A DNA stretch of 64,000 bases from contig CM106586.1 in assembly GCA_048013815.1 (NCBI GenBank), positions 8,618,001 to 8,682,000 on the forward strand, in the 5' to 3' direction. The notes beneath the pieces are model-generated. The model was not told where the DNA came from, searched no databases, and worked only from the letters and a program-made list of their open reading frames with translations. Below, in pieces: positions 12,018 to 21,740 of the stretch. A program made the translations under genes and the position numbers. Origin of the DNA: Setoptus koraiensis. Lineage: Eukaryota > Animalia > Arthropoda. Each line of letters starts with the position of its first letter. Within the stretch, counting starts at the first letter, position 1.

Positions 12018-13126
12018 AACAACAGCAACAACAATTACCACCACCACAACAGCAACGGCAACAACATCATCATCAACAGCATCAGCAGCAACAACCATCG
12101 CACCATCAGCAGCACCAGCATCAATCACAACACCAATCGCAGCATCAACAACAACACCAACAACCGCACCATCACCCTCAACAGCATCAGCAATTCCAAC
12201 AGCAACAAACTACTTTATCAAGCCACCAGCAGCTACGTCAACATCAAGCAATTTCTGCCACATCTATGGTTAATCATGCACATCCAGAGCATCATAGTCT
12301 AATGGAGGCGTCAGCGCAGGTACCATCAACTTTAAATTCTCATATCTCATCACAGGCATCCGGACAGAACGTCTACTATAACAATAACTCGTCGGACACG
12401 TCTGATCCTGTGGCCGCAGTTGCAGCCGCGGCTGCAGCAGCAGCAGCTTATCATGGTTATTTACCTAACGGCCAGCCCGTTCTAGGTGCAAGACGATATT
12501 TAGCACCGCAAATCACAAATCCCTTTATGACTACTGGTCAAGCGGCCAATGATGCCGCAGTTGCGGCTACAGTGGCAGCAATTCATCAGCAAACTTTGTA
12601 TGCTAGTACAGCCAATGTCGGACCGAGAGACACCACTGGTTATATGACGACGGGCCCTAATTTGTCTCCATCGGCTATACCTGTAACAGGAGCGGGGCCA
12701 CCTCATCAGAACGTAATGAGCGGGCCAGTTCCATCGGCCTACATGCAGCACTCCCAATATCCTCCACCACCGGCTGCGTATACTAACCCTCACCCGCACC
12801 CGCACGCTCATCACCATCAGCACCCACACCCGCATCCCCATGCCTATCCTGCACCGGCTCAACCTCTTGCTCAGCCAGGTCATGTTTATACAGCCGGTGG
12901 GTATCAGTTGCAATCGGCCCCTCCTCATCCCTCGGCCCTACAAGCGAATACTTTGGCAGCCCAAGACGCTAACGGAGATTTATACCGGCTGCAAGGTATC
13001 ACATTCTATGACACGTCTAATCAGCACTCACCTAGACAGATGACCCGCAGACCTAAGGCAGCAATACCAATAGTTGACCCATCAGGTTCTTATAGCCAAG
13101 ATCCATCGTCAGAGTATTCTTACTAA
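9776..13126 (+). CDS. CASC3: CASC3/MLN51/Barentsz exon-junction-complex subunit with a large Q/H/P-rich expansion, single exon
   Basis: Btz domain motifs DEDKKNPQYIPKKGVFFQHDDR and DRWNHDLY...PKSKVELINAYGYDIR. C-terminal GITFY...RRPKAAIPIVDP. Confidence 0.9.
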
Positions 13127-14755
13127 GTATTCAATATATTAATTGTAATAAACTTATTTTACGGAGCACACATGGCACACAAATTTACTCTAAATAAAAC
13201 GCCAAGATGGAGTAGCATCGTTTTCTAGTGAATATATACGGTCTATATTCTCTGGCCGTTGTTTTGAGACTAAGATACTTGCATCATCATACTGGCTAAT
13301 ACTACTACCCGTATATCAGATCCTGACAATACTTAACAATTAATAACGGCCTCCATTCCATCATGATCTGAATGGAAATTAATTCGCGTTTGATGATCCA
13401 CTCTCTGGAGTTTTTTTGCAAGATACGGTATCATAATAAATCATGAGGAAATCAGAGTAATTTGTGTGTTATAATAGCCTGCCACAAGAAGTAAGTTGTC
13501 CATTGGTCTTGTTCAATCTAATCAATATTTCGTCTTCGTTCAAACAACTAACTTTATGTTTTTCTATTTACACAACCTCTTGCAAACTTTTTCCTCCATC
13601 ACTTTGTAGATTTCCTGTACATAGCATACTGGTAACTTTTAAAGCAGACTATGATTAGGACTCAATTAATTTCAATTATTTATGATCGAATAGGATGAAA
13701 TAAAAAGATACATTGCTACATAAAATATCCCCAGAAACTTTTAACCACCCCTGTGATTGATTTTCTTGAGATGTCTTCGAAGACGAGCAATCATTACGTA
13801 AACATCTTGTGAATCTTTTTAGATTATGAGATTGACAATATTACGATTGAGATGTGTTTGAGAGAACGAGAAAATCTTAGCAAAGACGTAAACCTATTTG
13901 TATGCAAAATGTTATTGTCACTTGTCGAACAATTACTTACTTCTTTGAATGAGTCATAAGTAAGATTGTGTTTTAGTAGTATCTTCTTGAGTAGAACGCA
14001 TATTCTGTATTGTATTTCGTACCGTTTCTCCCGACTATGTGTGAAACAAGCTAGCTGGGCATCTAGATAAGATGTTTGGTTAACTTGTTTTATAGATAGT
14101 TGAGCAAAAGCCCGAATACATTGTGCCTGTGTGCATTGTTAACAAACTTGATATTAGTTGGACCAAGCTAATACTTTGGCTAACAAGTGTATTCGCCAAC
14201 AGTCACTGGTTTATCGTATTCACTTGTAGAAGTAAATAAATTGCAAATATAAACACATAGACGCAGGGAAACAACAAAAAACAACATGCTGAATTTCAAC
14301 ACATGACGACTTTAGAAAATACCCTCAACTCGATCCATTACCCTACGCAGGGTCTCGACGAATGAATGAGTCATCGTTCTGATACCGCCCTTGATTCTGT
14401 CAAGACAGGATTACCTAGTTAATGGTTCGAAGTTGTAAACCTTATTACTACCTTCGAATAGAACAACTTTCTACCATCATCGCCGACAACAAAAATAACA
14501 GCAACTGTACCTCTAATGCACATTATTCTGTCGATGAGTCATAGTTTTAGCAAACGAAGCCCTGAGAGAGGGACATAGATAGCAAAATAGACGAATTGTA
14601 TAAATTGTCTTGCAAACTTTAAAAAGCTAACATTGCAACAATTCTACTGACTACATGCAGACATCATTACTTATCGACAAAAAATCAGATCATAGATGAG
14701 AATCAACAGTAGAAACAATTTCAATATCTAACAAAACAATATTGTAAGCTAGAAA

Positions 14756-16624
14756 ATGTCCGAGCAACAAATGATCAACGAAGAACAGGTGCAACAGAGT
14801 GTCGCGCCAGCCAATGTACAAGAGGTTATTTCGACCGGGGCCAACAAGCCAACATCTAGGCGTTCGTCGACAACCTCATCCATAGAGATGTTAGATGACG
14901 CAAATGAACTCCAAACGATTCCAGGCGACAGCTCAGAATTAAACGAAAAAACAAAAGTCACAGCTGACCAAAGCAAATCGGCGCCAGAGAGTCTACCTGT
15001 TCAATCATCGAGCAAAGAAGGCGCCAGCGAGCAGCAGAATATCGCAACATCTTTACCAGCAAGTTTAGCAGAGTTGACGGCACGAACCGAGTGCCAACGT
15101 TCCCTCGTCGACGAAATCGATATGTCGATGGATTTGATACAGACAACTGGACAAATTGATTCATTGTCATCGAGCTCGGCCTCTTCATCTTCTTCGTCGT
15201 CACAATCAGATTTTGATCACTTTGAACAACAACAGTGTGGTCTAAACGGTTCCGACGACGCCACACGCGATTGTGTGAGAGACAGTCTGATGAAATTGAT
15301 AGATTTAGACAAGAAATTAATTGATGATCTAAAACGGGAGAACGAGAGTCTCACGCTGGCATTAGAGACCAACAATCAATTCCTGAAACAGAAAAAATCT
15401 CAACAGGAAAAATGCGAACAAGAGATCGAATCACTGGAGGAAAAATTGCTTTTGTTGGAGATTGAAAACAAATCTTTACGCGAACACATACACAGATTGG
15501 AGATTAGAAACAAAAACACGCAGAGTAACATTGCCTATCCATCTCTAAATGGACTTGCCATCACCACCAATGACGGGGCTACAACATCAGCAGCGGCAGC
15601 CATTCAACAACAGCCACAACCAAATACCTCAGCCACAGCCATGAGAGAGCCCACAATTGACTCTTGCCGGTTGATACAACTACAGTTCGATGAACCACAC
15701 CCGAATACATGCAACCAAAAACCGGAAGCCGATGAAATCAGAAGAATGTGTGAGGAATTAGAGTTGAAGCTGAGATGCCTTGGCAAGAGGGATCACTCCG
15801 TTCGTTTACTTTACAAGCAGTTGCAGATATTTAAAAAAGATTTCCGAGATGGACTCAAGTCGAAGACGGAGGCTGAACAGCAGATAGAAAGCCTACTGGC
15901 GCAAATTGACAAGTTGCGCATTGACCGCGAACAGAAACTGACCGGATTAGGATCCGCCAATCATCATCATCATTCCAAGCATCATCACCATGACCTACCC
16001 CACCACCGTCACAGTCTTCGTGGACTAAAGACGCACAGTTCAACTTTGCCGACACCAAATCATCTAGATGACGCGGAGAAACGTCTCAGTAGACATATGA
16101 AAAAAAGAGAGATGAAGGCTGCTTTACAAGCAGCTAAGAGGGCCGCCTACTACAACACCATGATACATAAGCATCAGCAATATTTGCAACAGGCCCAGTC
16201 AACATTCGACAAGATAAACTCCACTTCGGTTCTGACCGAGTCAGCAGCGGCTAAACATTTAAGACGCGGACCTAGCGGGCCAGGCATGGATGGACTAGAT
16301 AGGGCCTCGCCGTATCGACATAGTCACTCGAGGCGTCAAAAGTTGAGACATATGCAAAAAGAAGTTCTTCACGACATTCTGGCCACCACCAACAAAGCTG
16401 TTGTTACCGGCTACAAGCTGGCCTCTAGTGGTGTCAATATGGCTTTGGATAAATTGCAAGAAATTGAACTCAATCACCAACATGCCGATAATGGCCGCCA
16501 CCAGACAATGGCAGGCCCAAATCCTCTAATTGATCTCATCGGTCAAGTTACAGAATTGGCTGCCCAAGCATTGAGACCAATGGTATCGGGACCCGCAGCT
16601 TCGGCCAACAGTGGTAGACATTAA
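14756..16624 (+). CDS. optineurin/NEMO-family-like coiled-coil protein with a degenerate UBAN motif
   Basis: 622-aa ORF. LKRENESLTLALETNNQFLKQK resembles the NEMO/OPTN N-terminal motif (ENxxLxxAxxxNNQxxK). QLQIFKKDFRDGL resembles the UBAN motif QxxIYxxDFxxER. Confidence 0.6.
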   Translation: MSEQQMINEEQVQQSVAPANVQEVISTGANKPTSRRSSTTSSIEMLDDANELQTIPGDSSELNEKTKVTADQSKSAPESLPVQSSSKEGASEQQNIATSLPASLAELTARTECQRSLVDEIDMSMDLIQTTGQIDSLSSSSASSSSSSSQSDFDHFEQQQCGLNGSDDATRDCVRDSLMKLIDLDKKLIDDLKRENESLTLALETNNQFLKQKKSQQEKCEQEIESLEEKLLLLEIENKSLREHIHRLEIRNKNTQSNIAYPSLNGLAITTNDGATTSAAAAIQQQPQPNTSATAMREPTIDSCRLIQLQFDEPHPNTCNQKPEADEIRRMCEELELKLRCLGKRDHSVRLLYKQLQIFKKDFRDGLKSKTEAEQQIESLLAQIDKLRIDREQKLTGLGSANHHHHSKHHHHDLPHHRHSLRGLKTHSSTLPTPNHLDDAEKRLSRHMKKREMKAALQAAKRAAYYNTMIHKHQQYLQQAQSTFDKINSTSVLTESAAAKHLRRGPSGPGMDGLDRASPYRHSHSRRQKLRHMQKEVLHDILATTNKAVVTGYKLASSGVNMALDKLQEIELNHQHADNGRHQTMAGPNPLIDLIGQVTELAAQALRPMVSGPAASANSGRH

Positions 16625-16650
16625 TATCATAAGCATCAGAGTTCACCGGG

Positions 16651-17083
16651 AGCCTATTATGGTTGTTTGCCTAAAGGATAACTCGTCCGAGGTGCGAGAC
16701 ATCACTTAGCATCGCATATCACAAATTTCTCCATAACCGCCCATCTAATATCCAATGATTTTCGTCCCCTGACCTAGCAAGCTAATACTCTGGCAGCTTA
16801 AGACGCGAACGGAGATTTATACCGATCAAAATTAGTTCAATCAGCATTGACCTAGACAGATGAGCCGCAGATCTAAGGCGGCAATAACAATAGTTGACTC
16901 ACCGGGTTCTTGTAGCCAAGATTCGTCGTCAGAGCTTTGTTAATAATTATTCAACAATTCATGTAAATATAATAATTATAATAAACTTATTTTACGTAGC
17001 ACACAAAGCATGTAAATTTACTCTTAATTAATTGCCAAGACAGAGCAGCATCGTTTTTTTAGTGAACGGATATACCGGTCTAT
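16651..17083 (+). pseudogene. decayed, internally deleted duplicate of the CASC3 3' coding end and 3' UTR
   Basis: 16651-16737 aligns by eye to 12445-12531, and 16767-17083 aligns to 12929-13246 (e.g. ACGGAGATTTATACCG, CCTAGACAGATGA, AATAAACTTATTTTACG). The copy contains stops and deletions. Confidence 0.85.
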
Positions 17084-17192
17084 GTACACCGGTGTGTGTT
17101 TTTTTTTCTTTCTTTCTTTTCTATTTCATTCATTCATTATTTATGTTCAATATATCTGATCTAGATGTGTGTCTCTAGATGGGATTGTAGGG

Positions 17193-17735
17193 CTATTGTT
17201 GGGCTTGGAGTGCATTAGAGAGCCATTCCATCGCCTCATCAAGTCCATCGCCTTTAATAGCCGATGTTTTAAATATTTGAAATGTTCTATTTTTGAGCAT
17301 ATCTAAACCAAGTGCCTGATGTACTTCGGTCAATGTCATAGCTCCTTCCATATCTTGTTTATTGGCCAATACTAACAATGTAGAGTTTTTTAATTCCTCT
17401 TCTTCTAGCATTAAAACTAATTCTTGTTTGGAGATCTGAATTCTTTCTCTATCAGCGGAATCAACAACATAAATGATAGCGTCCGTATTAGAATAATAAC
17501 ATCTCCAATAGGGTCGAATGCTTGTTTGGCCCCCAAGGTCCCAGACTTGTAATTTGAGGTTTTGGTGTGTCACTTGTTCAACATTGAAACCAATAGTGGG
17601 TATTGTGGTTACCACTTCGCCACCTTGCAACCTGTATAGTATAGTTGTTTTACCTGCTCCATCCAAGCCGAGAATGAGTATCCTCATCTCTCTCGAACCA
17701 AATAAATGTTTAAAATAACTAACTAGGCCCCCCAT
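17193..17735 (-). CDS. ARL1: ADP-ribosylation factor-like GTPase 1
   Basis: MGG myristoylation start, [30 protein letters not shown] and TSA motifs. 180 aa, single exon. Confidence 0.96.
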   Translation of the reverse strand: MGGLVSYFKHLFGSREMRILILGLDGAGKTTILYRLQGGEVVTTIPTIGFNVEQVTHQNLKLQVWDLGGQTSIRPYWRCYYSNTDAIIYVVDSADRERIQISKQELVLMLEEEELKNSTLLVLANKQDMEGAMTLTEVHQALGLDMLKNRTFQIFKTSAIKGDGLDEAMEWLSNALQAQQ

Positions 17736-17946
17736 GGTGGATAGCCTTTGTGAGGTTGGTAATATTCAGAGAGGGTGGTGTGGAAGTCGGTGTATATATA
17801 TGTATGATATATGTAGCCGAGTTTGTTGGGCCTAGGCTGGAATTATTTGTCAGAGCTCATACAAGTTGTCACCTCAGCTCAGCTGAGATGCACAGAAAAC
17901 AGCTCACAACATATTTTCGCTCACCTCCTAAACCATGTTGGTGGGT

Positions 17947-18068
17947 GGACGGGCGCGGATTTGTACCGCGTCAAATATCCGTTCGCAGCGGACTGCGCCG
18001 GGTAATTGACCGACGATCGGTAGCCCGATAGTCGATCGAGTTCAGGTACAGACTATAAGCCCGGCTAT
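17947..18068. other. cluster of GC-rich hairpins upstream of ARL1, including tRNA-arm-like elements on the minus strand
   Basis: CGCGG/CCGCG stem with minus-strand loop TACAAAT, and GTCCG/CGGAT stem with minus-strand loop CTGCGAA. Further stems ACCGA/TCGGT and ATAGTC/GACTAT. No acceptor stem or D-arm found. Confidence 0.2.
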
Positions 18069-18430
18069 TCTTCGTGGGATACAATCACTTGTATTTGTCA
18101 ATTATCGGAAAATATCAGCGAGTTTATGCGAATATTGATCCGAATCCGCGATCCTGTTGCGCGGACCCTTGGCACGGGCAGCGGCGGCGGCGGCCGGTAA
18201 AATACCGACCCGCGCTCCAAGACACAATGCTGCAGCAGCAGCAGCACACTTCGCTCAATTGCTAGTTTGTTTTTTGGCTGCCAGGTGGCCGCACTGAATT
18301 TGCACAATGGCCAACAATACGCGTTACGTAACATTAGAAATTGTGCGCGATATTATCGGTTCAATGTCTACAACAATGTGAGTGTCAGATCAGCAATGAA
18401 TCAAATGTCACCTTGCTGTCCCATCATCTA

Positions 18431-18575
18431 GGGGCGACACATGAAGCGTGATTGACCGCTCAGATGGATGCGGGCGAGGGAGGCTCCCCCGCCCGTGACG
18501 GCCGGGAGCAAACGTCACCCTATGTTCATGCAGCCAGCGCATGCCGCACAGACATAGGGGAGCAAGAGGCGCCCC
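18431..18575. other. 145-nt GC-rich multi-branch structure in the ARL1/bunched divergent promoter; candidate ncRNA
   Basis: Closing stem GGGGCG/CGCCCC. Internal stems CGGGCG/CGCCCG, GTGACG/CGTCAC, CCCTATGT/ACATAGGG and CATGC/GCATG. Confidence 0.33.
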
Positions 18576-18741
18576 CGACCAAGGCTAACTGTCATTGTGG
18601 AAAAATTCAATTTTGCCGCTGAGAATGCAAGTGAAAACATTGAAAACGTGATCGCTTTTTTGACATTTGTACTCCATCGGCATTTAATAAAATTTTTCAG
18701 CGTTTTATTTAGTTTATTGTTATTATCATAATTGCCAAATC

Positions 18742-19588
18742 ATGGGGACCTTACATCAGACACATACGAGCCACAATCGTTTTAAAGTGGTCAAAATCGA
18801 ATCTAAAGAGCCCTTCAAACGGGGAAAATGGATTTGTATGGACTTTTACGACCAGCCCAGCCACGCCGAAGCCACCAGTGAGGAACCGACCACAACTAGG
18901 TATGGACGCTAGCTCGCTCTTTTTCAAAGGGTTTTTATCCTTCATTTATATAGACAAAGTTGTTTGTTTACTAACTTACATCACTTATGTTCTCTGTTGT
19001 TGCAGCTCAAACACAGGATCTAGCACTGTTGCCATAGACAACAAGATTGAACAAGCCATGGTACGTAATTGTTGCTGTAGTAGAGGCGGCTAGCATCGCA
19101 AATTAGCATTCATCAACATCAGCCACTCACCGATTACATAATAATTATATAATTTTTTCACATCTATCAAATCTAATTCACATCTATACAAATCTTCATA
19201 AATGTGCAATATTTACGTGCAGGATCTTGTCAAGAGTCATCTAATGTTTGCTGTCCGAGAAGAAGTAGATGTCCTCAAGGAAAAAATCACCGAATTAATG
19301 GATAAGATAAATCGCCTTGAGATAGAGAATTCCATATTTAGGAATAATGCAACACCCGAGACATTAGCGTTGCTCAATCAGACAACAACAAGGAATCAAC
19401 AGCAGCAGCAACAACAGCAACAACAACAGCAACAACAGCAACAACAACAGCAACAACAACAGCAACAACAGCAGCAACACCAAAATCAACAACAACATCA
19501 AAATCAAAACGATTTAAATAAGAACAATACCAATATTCACAACAACATCAGCAACAACAACAGCGTTAGTTGGAGCGAGTTGCCTTAG
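18742..19588 (+). CDS. bun: bunched/TSC22 domain protein, 3 exons (18742-18899, 19006-19060, 19223-19588), about 192 aa
   Basis: TSC box [10 protein letters not shown]|[22 protein letters not shown] joined across a GT-AG intron. An upstream exon encodes [25 protein letters not shown], the long-isoform motif. Intron phases are consistent. Confidence 0.88.
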
Positions 19589-20562
19589 TGAGGTGGCTCA
19601 ATTCGTGAATTGGAAAAGAGATTAAAAATGAATTCAAAAGGAACCAAGCTCGAGACTAGAAAGAAAGAGATTGTCTACTAGTATGTTGTTGTTGTTGCCG
19701 CCGTCGCCGCCGCTGCCGCTGCTGTGTTGCTGCTTTAGTTGTTGTTGTCGTCGTCGTAGCAGCCATTTGCTGTTGTCAGCATCACCATTAACGTCGTGAT
19801 ATAACAGCAACAACAGTAACAACACAACAACAACAGCAGCAGCAGCAAAAGCAGCAACAATACGGCCGCTCCGAAACCACTTCTAGCAGTAACCACTTGA
19901 TGAGTCGGCCAAACAAGGAACAACTTTTTTTTGTGTTGTTCGCCAAGCTAAGAAGCTAAATCTCTCTCACTCACTCTCTCTCCCTCTCTCTCCCTCTCTC
20001 ATTCGCTTTCTCTCTTGGCTTCCTTCCGCCTTTGATTTTGGCATTCCAAGAGAAAGAGAGAAAGCGAGAGCGAGAGAGAGACCTGTTGCTGTTGCTGTTG
20101 TTGTTATTATTCACCTGGCAAGGCACGACACACAGTGCTGCTGGTACTATTATTATTATTATTACTATTATAACATGGTATTATACAATGAAGTAGTAGA
20201 CAGACAGACGGGCAGTTATGGTCGATTCTCTCATGTTAATGCTGACCTACTATCCTCTTTTTGCCCAGCACTCTCACTCTCTGATTTGGCTTTTATCTAT
20301 CCAGCCAGTTAGTGAATTATATAACTTGGCGAGCAGGCACTTTTTTCTCTCTCTCTCTCATTTCACTGTTACCACCATTAGTAATGGCTTTCCCTTTATA
20401 TTATACATGTATATAAATACAATCCATTCTCTTCCTGTTCCTGGTCTCCAAATTCAACATACGCTTGGTTAGCTCATTCATTCCAGTTTGATAGTTGTAG
20501 ATAGTTGTGTGTGTGTGTGTCGGAGAAAGTTAATAGGCGATAGTGACACACTTAGCATTGCC

Positions 20563-20641
20563 GCCAGTTTCATGTCTAGCCAGTGGGCCAGCTACAATGG
20601 GATGCGCAAAAATAGCAAGTGACTAGATGAGAATCTGACAG
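20563..20641 (+). ncRNA. candidate miR-279-family-seed microRNA hairpin
   Basis: The 3' arm starts TGACTAGAT (seed GACTAGA). 16 of 20 positions pair, including 2 G-U, with 20563-20582. The loop is long (37 nt) and the lower stem is weak. Confidence 0.28.
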
Positions 20642-21420
20642 AGCTCTGATCGGCTGGCTGGCTGTTTGGCCGGCAGTATACGGCTGCCAGTGGATGGCTG
20701 GCAATAGACGTCGGCTGGCAATAGACGTTGGCTGGCTGGAGAGAAGGACAGAGCGAGAGCAAGAGAATTGCTTCTCTATTATTGTTTATTATTTTTGAGT
20801 TTGAGTAGCGAGCAACACAAAGCGAGCGCTTAGTCGTCGAATCGCAAATAACAGTTCGCAGGCAGTTGGCTTCGTTGGCTTCGTTCGCAGCTTCCACAGC
20901 CTGGCTTGCACCGCCAGTGAGAGAGAGAGAGAGAGAGAGAAAATAGAGAGAGAGAGAGAGAACGGCGGAATAACGGAACGGCGGCGCGCGGAAACGGTGT
21001 AGCAGTGATTGTGTGTGTGACCGTCAACTTACTTTCCCCCACAATGGTCAGCGGCTTGGCTGTGTCGCTGTTGGAGTGCTGTCCCGTTAGGCTGTATTTA
21101 GTGTTGCAACAGCAACATTGGCAAACATTGACAACAGCGACAGCGACAGCGCCAGCAACAACAGCGGCAACAACGGCGACAGCAGCAGCAACAGCGACAG
21201 CGACAACAACGCCAACAGCAGCAACAACAGCAGAGCAGAGGTGCCCTTGCGATGCCATTCTAGTTTGAGGAATCGAAGCGAGAGGAGCGTCGCATCATCT
21301 CGTCGCCATTCGCCATTTGCCCCACACCGACTCTCCATCACCTATGACTGCGTATACGACAAAGCGGATACGACAGACACAAGTCCGACAAGTTCGCAAC
21401 GAGCATTCGCGCGAGTTATT

Positions 21421-21489
21421 TATCGAGTATTTAATAAGTTAATAAGTCATCGAATATTTAATAAGTTAATAAGTTATCGAATATTTAAT
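21421..21489. repeat. 27-bp tandem repeat, about 2.5 copies
   Basis: TATCGARTATTTAATAAGTTAATAAGT units. Confidence 0.85.
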
Positions 21490-21740
21490 TTAAATAGTTT
21501 CATCTGATGCGTTTGTTTATCGAGTGGCAAGTTTTATCTCACCAGTCGCAAGTCGCAAGTCGCAAGTTTGTTCATCTCATGAGTCCAACAAGTCGCAAGT
21601 GACGAGTTACAAGTGAAACAAGTCACAGTTTCGTCGAATAAGTTAAAAGTTGAAAGTTTGGTCGAATAAGTCACAAGTTAAATAGCTGTCGCAAGTTCCG
21701 TCCAGCAAGCTGCAGTCAGCTACAGACAACAAGTGGCACA

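Noticed and set aside
11259-12302. Long alternative-frame and antisense ORFs (polyN, polyV, polyL)
   Set aside because: Shadow frames of the CASC3 trinucleotide repeats.
13250-14750. Possible decayed gene in the 1.5-kb AT-rich spacer
   Set aside because: Frames of 30-50 codons interrupted by stops on both strands, with no recognisable homology.
18044-18066. TCAGGTAC (miR-275 seed)
   Set aside because: It lies in the loop rather than on an arm of the local hairpin.
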